Of a stretch of 64,000 nucleotides of DNA, positions 8,388 through 17,381 are shown one piece after another; positions within the stretch are counted from its first letter, which is position 1, and each line of letters opens with the position of its first letter. The notes beneath the pieces are model-generated. The model was not told the DNA's origin and did no database searches. It worked only from the letters and a program-made list of their open reading frames with translations. The translations under genes were made by a program, and so were the position numbers. Origin of the DNA: an uncultured Eubacteriales bacterium (lineage in GTDB: Bacteria > Bacillota > Clostridia > Christensenellales > CAG-138); NCBI GenBank assembly GCA_900540495.1, contig UQGA01000007.1, positions 1,662 through 65,661 on the forward strand, written 5' to 3'.

Positions 8388-10144
8388 AGAAAGGCTCATT
8401 TTTTCGAAAACTGCTGCTGTATCTGCTGTGCGCCTGCCTGCTGACGGCGGCGCTGACCGGCGTGCTTGCGGGCATGACATCCGTGCATATTTTGACGGAC
8501 CGTATTGCCCGGGAGCTTACTTCGCGCGCCGTTTCGCTCTCCGCGCTGTGTACGCAGTTTATCGACGGGAACGTCGTGTTCGACATGTTTTACGGCTTCC
8601 TTGCATCCGAGCTGCGCGGTGCGCACGTCTATATCTATGACGCGCAGGGCTCGCTGCTGCTCTGGTCGAGGGAGGATGCTTCTCAGGACCCGGGAAGCAC
8701 GTATTCCGCGCTTGTGGCACGGGTGCTCGCCGGCGATGGCGACAGCGTGACCAGCGTCAACTGGCACCGTGGGATGATCGCCGTGGGCGCGCCGGTGTAC
8801 GATAACCTGATGCGGATCAATGGCGCCGTGGTGCTCGCCAAGCCGGCGCATGACGTGCGCGAGGCGGTGTGGCAGCTCATCGCCGCGGTGCTGGCGAGCA
8901 TCGTCATCTCGGCGGCAATCATGCTGTTGCCGGCATTTTTCGGTTCCCGTCGCATTGCCGCCCCCATCCGGCAGATGACCGGCATTGCGCTGCGCATGGC
9001 GGGAGGGGATTTTTCGGCGCGTGCGGACCAAAGCTCCCGCGGTGAAATCGGGATGCTGGGCGGCGCGCTCAACCATCTCGCGGGCGAACTTTCCGCAACG
9101 ATCTCCAACCTGTTGCTGGCGCGCGAGCGGTTGGCCTCGATCCTCACCGGCATCGGCGACGGCGTGATCGCGCTCGACGCGGATTTGACGACCGTCTCTT
9201 TCTGCAACCCTGCGGCAACCAGGCTTTTGCGCGCGCCGGACGGTTCCAGCCGGCTTCCCGGCTTTGTCGAGGCGTTTCGGGATACGTTCCGGAACGCGCT
9301 TGTATCGGATACGGCGGTCGAAGCGCGCTGGAAGATCGGCGAACAGGAGCTGCTGTTGACGTGCTCCCGCTCGCAGAGCGAGGCGGCCGGCGCGCCGGAC
9401 GTGGTCGTGCTGCTGCGCGATGTTACGGCGGCCGAGCGGCTGGAGCAGACGCGGCGGGACTATGTGGCAAACGTCAGCCACGAGCTGCGCACGCCGATTG
9501 CCTCCATCCGCAGCCTTGCAGAGGCGTTGGACGACGGGCTCGTCCGTACCGATGAGGATCGGGCCCGCTACTATGGCTACATCCTGCGCGAATCGCTACG
9601 CCTTTCCCGCCTGATTGACGACCTGCTGGAGCTGTCACGCCTGCAATCGGGAACGGTAGCGCTCGAACGCAGCCCGTTCGATCTCAATGCGCTCATGCAG
9701 GAGGTGGCCGAGCGCATGCGCATAACCGCCTCATACAGCGGCATCGACCTGCAGTATACGCCCGCCGATCTGCCGCCGTGCCTGTCGAACCGCGACCGCG
9801 TCGAGCAGGTGCTTGTCGCGCTCGTGGACAACGCGATCAAATATGCAAGCGACGACGGCACCGTGCGGCTGTGCTGCCGCGCGCAGGAGGGGTGTTTGCG
9901 CGTCGAAGTGCGCAACAGCGGCCATATCGACGAGGCGGATCTGCCGCATCTGTTCGAACGGTTCTACAAGGCCGACCGGTCGCATACGGGGCAGGGGACC
10001 GGGCTGGGACTCGCCATCGCGCGCGAGGTGCTGCTGCGGCTGGACGGCACCATAGAGGCATATAACGACGGCGGCTTTGCGGTGTTTGCCTTTACCGTGC
10101 CGTGCGTGCCGGACGCATCGCCGGACGGCGCGCCGGAAACATGA
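8384..10144 (+). CDS. Sensor histidine kinase (TCS-2), paralogue of the TCS-1 kinase
   Basis: Shares the stretch ERLEQTRRDYVANVSHELRTP with the TCS-1 kinase. Has HAMP, PAS, HisKA and HATPase (GTGLGLAIA). ATGA overlap with its regulator. Confidence 0.9.
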   Translation: MKKGSFFRKLLLYLLCACLLTAALTGVLAGMTSVHILTDRIARELTSRAVSLSALCTQFIDGNVVFDMFYGFLASELRGAHVYIYDAQGSLLLWSREDASQDPGSTYSALVARVLAGDGDSVTSVNWHRGMIAVGAPVYDNLMRINGAVVLAKPAHDVREAVWQLIAAVLASIVISAAIMLLPAFFGSRRIAAPIRQMTGIALRMAGGDFSARADQSSRGEIGMLGGALNHLAGELSATISNLLLARERLASILTGIGDGVIALDADLTTVSFCNPAATRLLRAPDGSSRLPGFVEAFRDTFRNALVSDTAVEARWKIGEQELLLTCSRSQSEAAGAPDVVVLLRDVTAAERLEQTRRDYVANVSHELRTPIASIRSLAEALDDGLVRTDEDRARYYGYILRESLRLSRLIDDLLELSRLQSGTVALERSPFDLNALMQEVAERMRITASYSGIDLQYTPADLPPCLSNRDRVEQVLVALVDNAIKYASDDGTVRLCCRAQEGCLRVEVRNSGHIDEADLPHLFERFYKADRSHTGQGTGLGLAIAREVLLRLDGTIEAYNDGGFAVFAFTVPCVPDASPDGAPET

Positions 10145-10220
10145 CCCGTTGCCCCTGCCCGGAGCCTGGTTTTGGCGCCATGCCGGCCCTCAGGCCGGGG
10201 AATAACAGGAGGAGACCACA

Positions 10221-10760
10221 TTGAAAAAGGTTTGGCGGGAGTTCAAACAGTTTGCATTTCGGGGCAACGTGCTCGATATGGCCGTCGGCGTGATGATCGC
10301 TTCGGCGTTCGGCAAAATCGTGACCTCCGTGGTCAACGATCTCTTCATGCCGTTGATCGGCTGCCTGTTGGGCGGCGTCGCGTTTGAGAACCTGTTCGTG
10401 GTGCTTGACGGCGGCGGCGCGCACTATGCCACGCTGCAGGAAGCGCAGGAGGCCGGGGCGGCGGTGTTCGCCTATGGCAGCTTTTTATCCGTCGTCGTGG
10501 ATTTTCTGATCCTTGCGGCGTGTATCTTCCTGCTGCTCAAGGTCATCGCCAAGCTCAATTTCCGCAGGAAGGAGCTGGAGGCGGCGCCAAAGCCGCGCCT
10601 GTGTCCGTATTGCCGCATGGAGATCGCGGCGGACGCCATGCGCTGCCCGCATTGCACGTCGCAACTTGCGGCGGAAGCCGGCGGCGGGATGTGCGCCGCG
10701 GCTGCCGACGGATGTGCGGCCCGGCTGAGCGCCGGCGCCGGTGCGGGGACTGGGGACTAA
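10221..10760 (+). CDS. mscL: Large-conductance mechanosensitive channel MscL with C-terminal zinc-ribbon extension
   Basis: TTG start 6 nt after AGGAGGAG. N-terminus FKQFAFRGNVLDMAVGVMIASAFGKIV is typical of MscL, with two TM helices. C-terminal CPYC-x11-CPHC followed by an A/G-rich tail. Confidence 0.85.
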   Translation: MKKVWREFKQFAFRGNVLDMAVGVMIASAFGKIVTSVVNDLFMPLIGCLLGGVAFENLFVVLDGGGAHYATLQEAQEAGAAVFAYGSFLSVVVDFLILAACIFLLLKVIAKLNFRRKELEAAPKPRLCPYCRMEIAADAMRCPHCTSQLAAEAGGGMCAAAADGCAARLSAGAGAGTGD

Positions 10761-10775
10761 CGGGAGGTGGATGGA

Positions 10776-11024
10776 ATGCGCTGCAGTTGCCAGCGGTGCG
10801 GGGCCTATATGGTGCAGGAGGAACGCGGACTGGAGAGCCGTTGCATCTGCCCGCAGTGCTTTGCGACCTGTTCGGCCTGCATGGGCACACGGCAGCAGCC
10901 GGAGCACCGCGAGGGCCTCGAGCTGATCGCCTATCTGCGTGCGCAGTACGACGCGCAACTTGCCGGAGCGGAGGACCCGCCGCAGCACGGCGCGCCCGAC
11001 GGGCGCGACGAGGATGTGGATTGA
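10776..11024 (+). CDS. Small Cys-rich (zinc-ribbon-like) hypothetical protein, 82 aa
   Basis: GGGAGG RBS 8 nt upstream. The ORF begins MRCSCQRCGAYM...RCICPQC..CSAC, has high GC3 and an acidic C-terminal tail. No family recognised. Confidence 0.5.
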   Translation: MRCSCQRCGAYMVQEERGLESRCICPQCFATCSACMGTRQQPEHREGLELIAYLRAQYDAQLAGAEDPPQHGAPDGRDEDVD

Positions 11025-11047
11025 CGCAACGCCCGGGAGAATTGGCT

Positions 11048-11093
11048 CAAAAACAAGTGCGGGACGCCGGAAAGCGTCCTGCACATGAATTTT
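11048..11093. terminator. Bidirectional terminator between the Cys-rich ORF and nadE
   Basis: 11-bp stem gtgcgggacgc/gcgtcctgcac (one G-T pair) with loop cggaaa. Flanked by an A-run upstream and a T-rich segment downstream. Confidence 0.65.
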
Positions 11094-11110
11094 GGGAGGG
11101 AAGCCGGCGG

Positions 11111-13000
11111 CTATTCCCGCCAGATTTCGGACGCCGCGTCGCTCGGCATGCGCCAGTCGCCGCGAGGGGAGAGGGAGACGTTGCCCACGCGAGGTCCGTC
11201 CGGCATACAGGAGCGCTTGAACTGCTGGCCAAAGAAGCGCCGGTAGAACGTATCCAGCCAATGCGCGATGGTCGCCCCGTCATATTCCCCGGCAAAGGCG
11301 TATTCGGCGAGGCGCTGGATCTTGTCGCGGGTTTCGCCGCGCCGGATGGCGTGATACAGGAAGAAGTCGTGCAGCGCATAAGGCCCGACTGCGTCCTCCG
11401 TGCGCTGCGCGGTCGCCCCGTCGGCAGCAGGGAGCAGCTCGGGACTGATCGGGGTGTCGAGGATATCCAGCAGCACATCGCCAAGCGCGCCGCCGGCACG
11501 CCGCGCGAGGATGGAAAGCATGTCGCGCATGAGCGTCTTGGGCACGCCGCTGTTGACGTCGTACATGGAGATATGGTCGCCGCTGAATGTACACCAGCCC
11601 AGCGCGATTTCGGACAGGTCGCCCGTACCGACGACGAGACCGCCCTCCATGTTCGCAAGGTCCATCAGGACCTGCGTGCGCTCCCGCGCCTGCGCGTTTT
11701 CAAACGTTACGTCCGCCACGTCTGACGGGTGGCCGATGTCCGCCAGGTGCTGCGTGACCGCGGCGGTGATATCCACCGTGCGGCAGGGGATGCCCAGCGC
11801 GTCGCAAAGCTTTTCCGCATTGCTGCGGGTGCGCTTTGTAGTGCCAAAGCACGGCATGGTTACGGCCAGCACGTCCGTGGCCGGACGGTTGAGCAGCGCG
11901 AGCGCCCGCACGGAAACGAGCAGCGCCAGCGAGGAATCCAGGCCGCCGGATACGCCGATGACGGCGCGCCGTGCGCCGGTGTGCGCAAGGCGTTTTTTCA
12001 ACCCGTGCGCCTGAATGGCCAGCACCTCGTCGCATCTGCGCTCCCGTTCTGCGGCGGTATCCGCCACAAACGGCGTACGCCAGTAGGTGCGCGTCAGGAC
12101 CGTGTCGCGCAGCGGCATTGGGAAGGGAATGCGCCGGTACAGATCCGACGGCTCCGCTTCGCGCGCATGGCGGCGTCGCTCGCGGGAGAGAAACTGCAGA
12201 TCGAGTTCCGTGACGGCATAGCCTTCGCCGAAGGGCGGAGCCTCCGCCAGCATGGCCCCGTTTTCGCAGATCATGTCGTGGCCGGAAAAGACGACGTCCG
12301 TCGTACTCTCGCCCTCGCCGGCGCTGCAAAACAGGTAGCCGCAGGCAAGCCGGGCGCTCTGCACCTGCACGAGCTTGCGGCGGTAGTCCGGCTTGGCGAC
12401 CGCCTCGTCGCTTGCGCTGAGATTGGCGATGACCGTCGCGCCGTGGAGCGAAAGCGCCGTCGAGGGCGGCGCCGGGGCCCAGAGATCCTCGCACAGCTCC
12501 ACGCCGAGCGTAAACGCCGGCATGTCCGCGCAACAGAACAGCAGGCGGCTGCCGAACGGCACGCGCTGGCCGAGCACCTCGATGTCGCAGACGTCCTCCG
12601 GCGCGGGCGCAAACAGGCGCTTTTCGTAAAATTCTCCATAGTTGGGGAGGAAAGTTTTGGGCACAATGCCCAGCAGCTTCCCGTCGTGCATGACGGCGGC
12701 ACAGTTGTACAGACTGTGGCGCGCCACGAGCGGTACGCCGACGAGCACGAGCATGTCCCGCCCGCGCGTGGCCTGCAGGATCTGCCGCAATGCTTCGAGC
12801 GCGGCATTTTGCAGCGCATCCTGCAGAAACAGATCGCCGCAGGTATAGCCCGTCGTGCAAAGCTCCGGCGTGGCCAGCAGCATGACGTTGTCGCGCCCAG
12901 CCCTTTCGATGAGCGCGATGATTCGGCGCGCGTTGTGCCGGCAGTCGGCCACACGCACCTCCGGCGTGGCGACCGCCACCTTCAGAAACCCGTGTCGCAT
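11111..13000 (-). CDS. nadE: Glutamine-dependent NAD+ synthetase
   Basis: N-terminal CN-hydrolase domain plus a C-terminal NAD synthase domain with the PP-loop GVSGGLDSS. 629 aa, typical of the fused form. Confidence 0.9.
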   Translation of the reverse strand: MRHGFLKVAVATPEVRVADCRHNARRIIALIERAGRDNVMLLATPELCTTGYTCGDLFLQDALQNAALEALRQILQATRGRDMLVLVGVPLVARHSLYNCAAVMHDGKLLGIVPKTFLPNYGEFYEKRLFAPAPEDVCDIEVLGQRVPFGSRLLFCCADMPAFTLGVELCEDLWAPAPPSTALSLHGATVIANLSASDEAVAKPDYRRKLVQVQSARLACGYLFCSAGEGESTTDVVFSGHDMICENGAMLAEAPPFGEGYAVTELDLQFLSRERRRHAREAEPSDLYRRIPFPMPLRDTVLTRTYWRTPFVADTAAERERRCDEVLAIQAHGLKKRLAHTGARRAVIGVSGGLDSSLALLVSVRALALLNRPATDVLAVTMPCFGTTKRTRSNAEKLCDALGIPCRTVDITAAVTQHLADIGHPSDVADVTFENAQARERTQVLMDLANMEGGLVVGTGDLSEIALGWCTFSGDHISMYDVNSGVPKTLMRDMLSILARRAGGALGDVLLDILDTPISPELLPAADGATAQRTEDAVGPYALHDFFLYHAIRRGETRDKIQRLAEYAFAGEYDGATIAHWLDTFYRRFFGQQFKRSCMPDGPRVGNVSLSPRGDWRMPSDAASEIWRE

Positions 13001-13063
13001 AGTTCCTCCGTACCCGTGCCGCCAACAAAAGAACGCTGCACGGCAAAATCCAATCTTGATAGT

Positions 13064-13092
13064 ATTTTATGCCCTTTTCCGGGTCCCGTCAA
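13064..13092 (-). promoter_or_regulatory. Sigma-A promoter for nadE
   Basis: Minus strand reads TTGACG-17 nt-TAAAAT. The leader is about 55 nt, ending in GGAGGA before the ATG. Confidence 0.55.
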
Positions 13093-13153
13093 TGCAACGC
13101 GGCCGCAACCGGAAACTGGAATGAAAAAAATCGATGAAATTTTGCAAAGAGGG

Positions 13154-13182
13154 TTTGGCGAAAATGAATCATATGCTATAAT
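13154..13182 (+). promoter_or_regulatory. Sigma-A promoter for the small ORF upstream of cdaA
   Basis: TTTGGC-17 nt-TATAAT (13177-13182), placed about 30 nt before the ATG at 13211. Confidence 0.55.
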
Positions 13183-13210
13183 ACAATCAGCAATCAAGGA
13201 GACGGAAAAT

Positions 13211-13414
13211 ATGGGAACGACGATCCGCCATCTCGGCCAAATGCAGATCGAACAGCAGGAGCTGGACGAAGCCGGGCGCCGCGCGCAGGAGGAGATCAAT
13301 GCGCTCGCCCTGCAGGAATATGAGCTGACCGGTTCGCTTTCGAGCAAGCGCCTGTGCGAGGCCGTTGCGGAATACGAAAGGACGATCGAGGCGCACGTAT
13401 TGCCGGAGAAGTAA
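13211..13414 (+). CDS. Small helical hypothetical protein (67 aa)
   Basis: AAGGAGA RBS 7 nt before the ATG at 13211. Charged, coiled-coil-like sequence. This is the 3' part of track ORF 11729..13414, whose upstream part is antisense to nadE. Confidence 0.5.
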   Translation: MGTTIRHLGQMQIEQQELDEAGRRAQEEINALALQEYELTGSLSSKRLCEAVAEYERTIEAHVLPEK

Positions 13415-13474
13415 CGTGCGCGCACGGCCGTTCCGCCTGGTTGACTTTGGGGGTTATGGAAAGGAAACAAGCCA

Positions 13475-14326
13475 TTGTCGTACGATGACGTCATAAAAGC
13501 TGTCCTGAGCGGCTTTTCGCAGTTTCAGTGGTATGATCTCATCGACATCATCATCATCTGCTTCCTGCTGTATAAGCTGATCATATGGACGAAGGAAACC
13601 CAGGCCTACGAGGTGCTCAAGGGCATTGCGGTGCTGTTTTTGTGCTCCGTCGCCAGCCAGTTGCTGCAGCTCAACACCCTGAGCTGGGTGCTGGACTCCT
13701 TCCTGAAGTCTGGTACGATCATCATCGTGATCGTCATCCTGTTCCAGCCCGAGATCCGCCGCATGCTGGAGCGGCTGGGGCGCAGCGGCAAGCGCCTTGG
13801 CACGCTGTTCGACGAGACAACGATCGAGTCGGAGGCGCTGGTGCGCGACGTGCAGCGGGCCATCCTCTCCATGTCCCGCCGGCGCGTGGGGATGCTCGTG
13901 GTCGTAGAGCAGCGTACGGCGCTGGGCGACATCATCAATACCGGCACGCTGGTGGACGCCGTGATCTCCGGCGCGCTGCTGGAGAACATCTTTGAACCGA
14001 ACACGCCTCTGCACGACGGGGCCGTGATCGTGCGCGGCACGCGCATCGTTGCGGCGGGTTGTTTCCTGCCATTGTCGGAGGATCTGAACCTTGCGCGCGA
14101 ACTTGGCACCCGCCACCGCGCGGCGCTCGGCGTTTCCACGGTGTCGGACAGCGTAACCATCGTCGTATCGGAGGAGACGGGGGCGATTTCCGTTGCGCGC
14201 GATGGGAAGCTCGTGCGCTATATCGACGCAAAGGCCCTGCAGGATCTGCTCGAAAGCGTATTTCTGCAAAAGGCAAATACCCCGTTCCACTGGGCCAAAC
14301 GGAGGGAAAAGCATGCAAAGCGGTGA
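13475..14326 (+). CDS. cdaA: Diadenylate cyclase CdaA
   Basis: Three N-terminal TM helices. DAC-domain motifs TPLHDGAVIV and LGTRHRAALG. TTG start. Confidence 0.9.
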   Translation: MSYDDVIKAVLSGFSQFQWYDLIDIIIICFLLYKLIIWTKETQAYEVLKGIAVLFLCSVASQLLQLNTLSWVLDSFLKSGTIIIVIVILFQPEIRRMLERLGRSGKRLGTLFDETTIESEALVRDVQRAILSMSRRRVGMLVVVEQRTALGDIINTGTLVDAVISGALLENIFEPNTPLHDGAVIVRGTRIVAAGCFLPLSEDLNLARELGTRHRAALGVSTVSDSVTIVVSEETGAISVARDGKLVRYIDAKALQDLLESVFLQKANTPFHWAKRREKHAKR

Positions 14327-15635
14327 TTTCCACAGCATCTGGAAGCGCGTTTGGGCGGCGCTGAAGGGTTTTTGCACAAAGAATGCAGCGATCAAGGTCG
14401 TGGCGCTGCTGTTTGCCATTCTGCTGTGGGGCTATGTCCTGACCGATCAGAATCCATCCCGCACCAAGACGGTGACAAACGTACCGACGAGCTTTGAAGG
14501 GGAGGCGGAGCTGCTCGCGCAGGGCCTGTGCGTGCGCGGCGACCGCGCCGCCATCTTGAGCGATGTGACCGTGCAGGTGCGCACGCAGATTGCCTATTAT
14601 GCCGCCCTGACGGCCAACCAGATTTCCGCCACCATCAGCCTGCGCAATATCAGCGAGGCGCGCACCTATGAGCTGCCGGTCAACGCCACCGTATCGGGGG
14701 GCTATGGCGTGGTGCAGTCGGTCACCCCCGGCACTGTTTCCGTGGAGATCGATACCCGCCTGACAAAGACCATTCCGGTAACGACCGTATATACCGGCGC
14801 CCTGCCGGACGGATACTGGGCCGATATGAGCGCCAGCTCCGTCACGACCCGCGTCGATGTGGAGGGGCCCAAGACCGACATCGAGCGCATCAAGCGCGCC
14901 GAGTGCGTGGTGGATCTGAGCGACTGCACCTCCACCATTTACAGCACCTATGACATCATTCTCTATGACGAGAACGACGAAGTGATCAGCCCCGACATCC
15001 TGATCGGGACGGTCCCGACCTCCACCGTGCGCATCCCCATCTATCCGGTCAAGACCGTGCCGGTGAACGTGAAGGGGTCGCTCGAGGGCTTGGACAATCT
15101 GGCGGCCAACCACGAGCTCTTCTCTGCGACGGCGACGCCGCAGACCGTACGGCTGGTGGGGCAGCAGTCGGTGCTCGACGAGATCGACAGCGTTTTGATC
15201 AAGAGCATCAACGTCAGCGGCATGAGCGAGCCGGAGACCTTCGTCGGCGAGATCATCGTGCCGGAAAACACCCGCCTTGCCGAGGGCGACGGCACTGTAA
15301 GCGTCAGCCTTGACATCCGCGAGAGCACGGACGAGCAGATATTCGAACAGTTGGTGATCGAGGTGGAGAACCTTGCGGACGGGCTGGAGGCCGAGCTGGA
15401 GTTTGAAACGGTGGACCTGCGCGTGTCGGGCCGCATCAGCCTCGTCAGCGTGCTCAAGCGCAGCGACGCGCATGTGCTCGTCGATGTGGTGAATCTTTCC
15501 GCCGGCGAGTATTATCTCGATCTGTTCCCCTTCGTGCGCGACGAGGACGCCACCGTGGAGTTGACGACGGAGATGACCCGCAACGGCGAATCGGTCTCGA
15601 CCGTCAAAGTCATTTTGCGCGAGCGCGCCGGCTGA
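14313..15635 (+). CDS. cdaR: CdaA regulator CdaR (YbbR-domain protein)
   Basis: Start overlaps the cdaA 3' end. One N-terminal TM segment followed by repeated beta-rich YbbR-like modules. Canonical position after cdaA. Confidence 0.75.
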   Translation: MQSGDFHSIWKRVWAALKGFCTKNAAIKVVALLFAILLWGYVLTDQNPSRTKTVTNVPTSFEGEAELLAQGLCVRGDRAAILSDVTVQVRTQIAYYAALTANQISATISLRNISEARTYELPVNATVSGGYGVVQSVTPGTVSVEIDTRLTKTIPVTTVYTGALPDGYWADMSASSVTTRVDVEGPKTDIERIKRAECVVDLSDCTSTIYSTYDIILYDENDEVISPDILIGTVPTSTVRIPIYPVKTVPVNVKGSLEGLDNLAANHELFSATATPQTVRLVGQQSVLDEIDSVLIKSINVSGMSEPETFVGEIIVPENTRLAEGDGTVSVSLDIRESTDEQIFEQLVIEVENLADGLEAELEFETVDLRVSGRISLVSVLKRSDAHVLVDVVNLSAGEYYLDLFPFVRDEDATVELTTEMTRNGESVSTVKVILRERAG

Positions 15636-15770
15636 GTCCTGCGCCCGCCGGGCGGCCCGGCTTTGCGCCGATCTTCACCATCTGCGGGGCAACGCAACCG
15701 TTTGCCCCGCATTTTTAACGCATCCGTCCCGCCGCCGTTGCTGCGGCAGGACACCGGAGGTGACGGGATT

Positions 15771-17381
15771 TTGCTTGTTTTGAACGACCTGCGCGCGCCG
15801 ATCGGCGCGGAGGATTCGGAGCTGCCGCTCCTTGCGGCGCGGGCGTTGCGCGTGAAGGCGGGCGAGGTGCGCGCGGTGCGCATCCTGCGAAAATCGCTGG
15901 ATGCGCGCAAAAAGCAGGACATCCATTTCCGGCTGCATCTTGCCGTGCGCCTCGAGCCGGCGCTCGAGGCGGCGCTGCTGCGCCGCGGCGACGCGCGCGT
16001 CACGCCGTATCCGGAGCCGGCCGACGAGCCGTTGCCAATGGGGAGCGAACGACCGGGCGGGCGAATTGTCGTGGCGGGGCTGGGACCGGCCGGGTTGTTC
16101 GCCGCATGGACGCTGGCTCGTTACGGCTATCGCCCGCTTGTGATCGAGCGGGGACGCCCGGTGGAGGAACGCGCCGTGGATGTGGAGCGATTCTGGAGTG
16201 GAGGCGTTCTCTTGCCGGAGAGCAACGCCATGTTCGGCGAGGGCGGAGCCGGCACGTTTTCCGACGGCAAGCTCACCTCGCGCAGCAAGGATGCGCGCGC
16301 GAGTGCGGTGTTGCGCGTGCTGGCTGCGCACGGCGCGCCGGCGGAGATCGAATATCTGGCCCGGCCGCACATCGGGACCGACCGGCTGCGCGCCGTCGTC
16401 GGTTCGTTGCGCCGGGAGATCGAGACGCTGGGCGGAGAGGTCCGGTTTTCCACACGCTTGTGCGGCATCGTCCGGGACGGCGACGGCGCGCTTTCGGCCG
16501 TCCGCCTCCGGCACGGCGAGGCGGAGGAACGGGTGCCCTGCGCGGCGCTCGTGCTTGCCATCGGGCAGGGAGCGCGCGACACGTACCGGATGTTGTATGA
16601 GCAGGGCGTCGCCATGCAGGCCAAGCCGTTTGCCGTTGGCGTTCGCGTGGAACACCCGCAATCGCTGATCGACCGGGCGCAGTTTGGCGCGCTGGCAGGC
16701 GATCCCCGCCTCGGCGCGGCGGAATACCGTCTGACGGCCCGCGACGGTTCACGGGGCGTCTATACCTTCTGCATGTGTCCCGGCGGGGCGGTCGTACAGA
16801 CCGCCTGCGAGCAGGCCCAGTCCGCCGTCAACGGCATGAGCTGCTACGCGCGCGATGGGGAAAACGCCAACGCTGCGATCGTCGTACAGGTGGGGCCGGA
16901 GGACTTCGGGAAAGGGGCGCTCGACGGCGTGGTCTTTTGCGAGCGCCTGGAGCGGGAGGCGTTCCTTGCGGGAGGCGGGGCGTATCTGGCGCCCGCTTCG
17001 CGTGTGGGGGATTTTTTGAAGCGCGGCCTGCCACGCGCGTTTGGGGATGTGCAACCGACCTGCCGCCCCGGTGTGGTACCGGCAGATCTCTGGGCGTGCC
17101 TGCCGCCGTTTGTGGCGGCAGGGGTTTGCGCCGGTTTGCACGCATTTGCGGCGCAGCTGCGCGGGTTTGACCTGCCGGATGCGGTGCTCACCGCAGTGGA
17201 GAGCCGTACCAGCGCGCCGCTGCGCATCCTGCGGGGGGAGCATATGGAATCGATTTCCGTGCCGGGCCTGTATCCTGTGGGGGAGGGAGCGGGATATGCG
17301 GGCGGCATCGTCAGCGCCGGCATTGACGGCATGCGCGCGGCGGAGCGCATCATCGCCCGCTATGCCGCAACGGCCGTCTGA
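15771..17381 (+). CDS. FAD-dependent oxidoreductase-like protein (COG2509-type)
   Basis: Dinucleotide-binding fingerprint IVVAGLGPAGLFAA..ERG and C-terminal GEGAGYAGGI. TTG start at 15771 after GGAGGTG. Confidence 0.7.
   Translation: MLVLNDLRAPIGAEDSELPLLAARALRVKAGEVRAVRILRKSLDARKKQDIHFRLHLAVRLEPALEAALLRRGDARVTPYPEPADEPLPMGSERPGGRIVVAGLGPAGLFAAWTLARYGYRPLVIERGRPVEERAVDVERFWSGGVLLPESNAMFGEGGAGTFSDGKLTSRSKDARASAVLRVLAAHGAPAEIEYLARPHIGTDRLRAVVGSLRREIETLGGEVRFSTRLCGIVRDGDGALSAVRLRHGEAEERVPCAALVLAIGQGARDTYRMLYEQGVAMQAKPFAVGVRVEHPQSLIDRAQFGALAGDPRLGAAEYRLTARDGSRGVYTFCMCPGGAVVQTACEQAQSAVNGMSCYARDGENANAAIVVQVGPEDFGKGALDGVVFCERLEREAFLAGGGAYLAPASRVGDFLKRGLPRAFGDVQPTCRPGVVPADLWACLPPFVAAGVCAGLHAFAAQLRGFDLPDAVLTAVESRTSAPLRILRGEHMESISVPGLYPVGEGAGYAGGIVSAGIDGMRAAERIIARYAATAV

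Noticed and set aside
13001-13063. Possible NAD+-responsive riboswitch in the nadE leader.
   Set aside because: The leader is only about 55 nt with one modest hairpin, and I cannot recognise nadA-motif or pnuC-motif features. An Rfam scan would be needed to be certain.
11729-13210. Upstream 494 codons of track ORF 11729..13414(+).
   Set aside because: This part is antisense to nadE and has junk composition. Only the last 67 codons, which have their own promoter and RBS, look genuine. The alternative ATG at 13121 (MKKIDEILQRGF...) lies upstream of the predicted promoter -10 and lacks an RBS.
13211-13414. Small ORF as a Spo0E-family phosphatase, because of a QQELDE segment resembling SQELD.
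   Set aside because: The Ser of the SQELD motif is missing and the motif position and context do not match Spo0E-like proteins. The call is kept as hypothetical.
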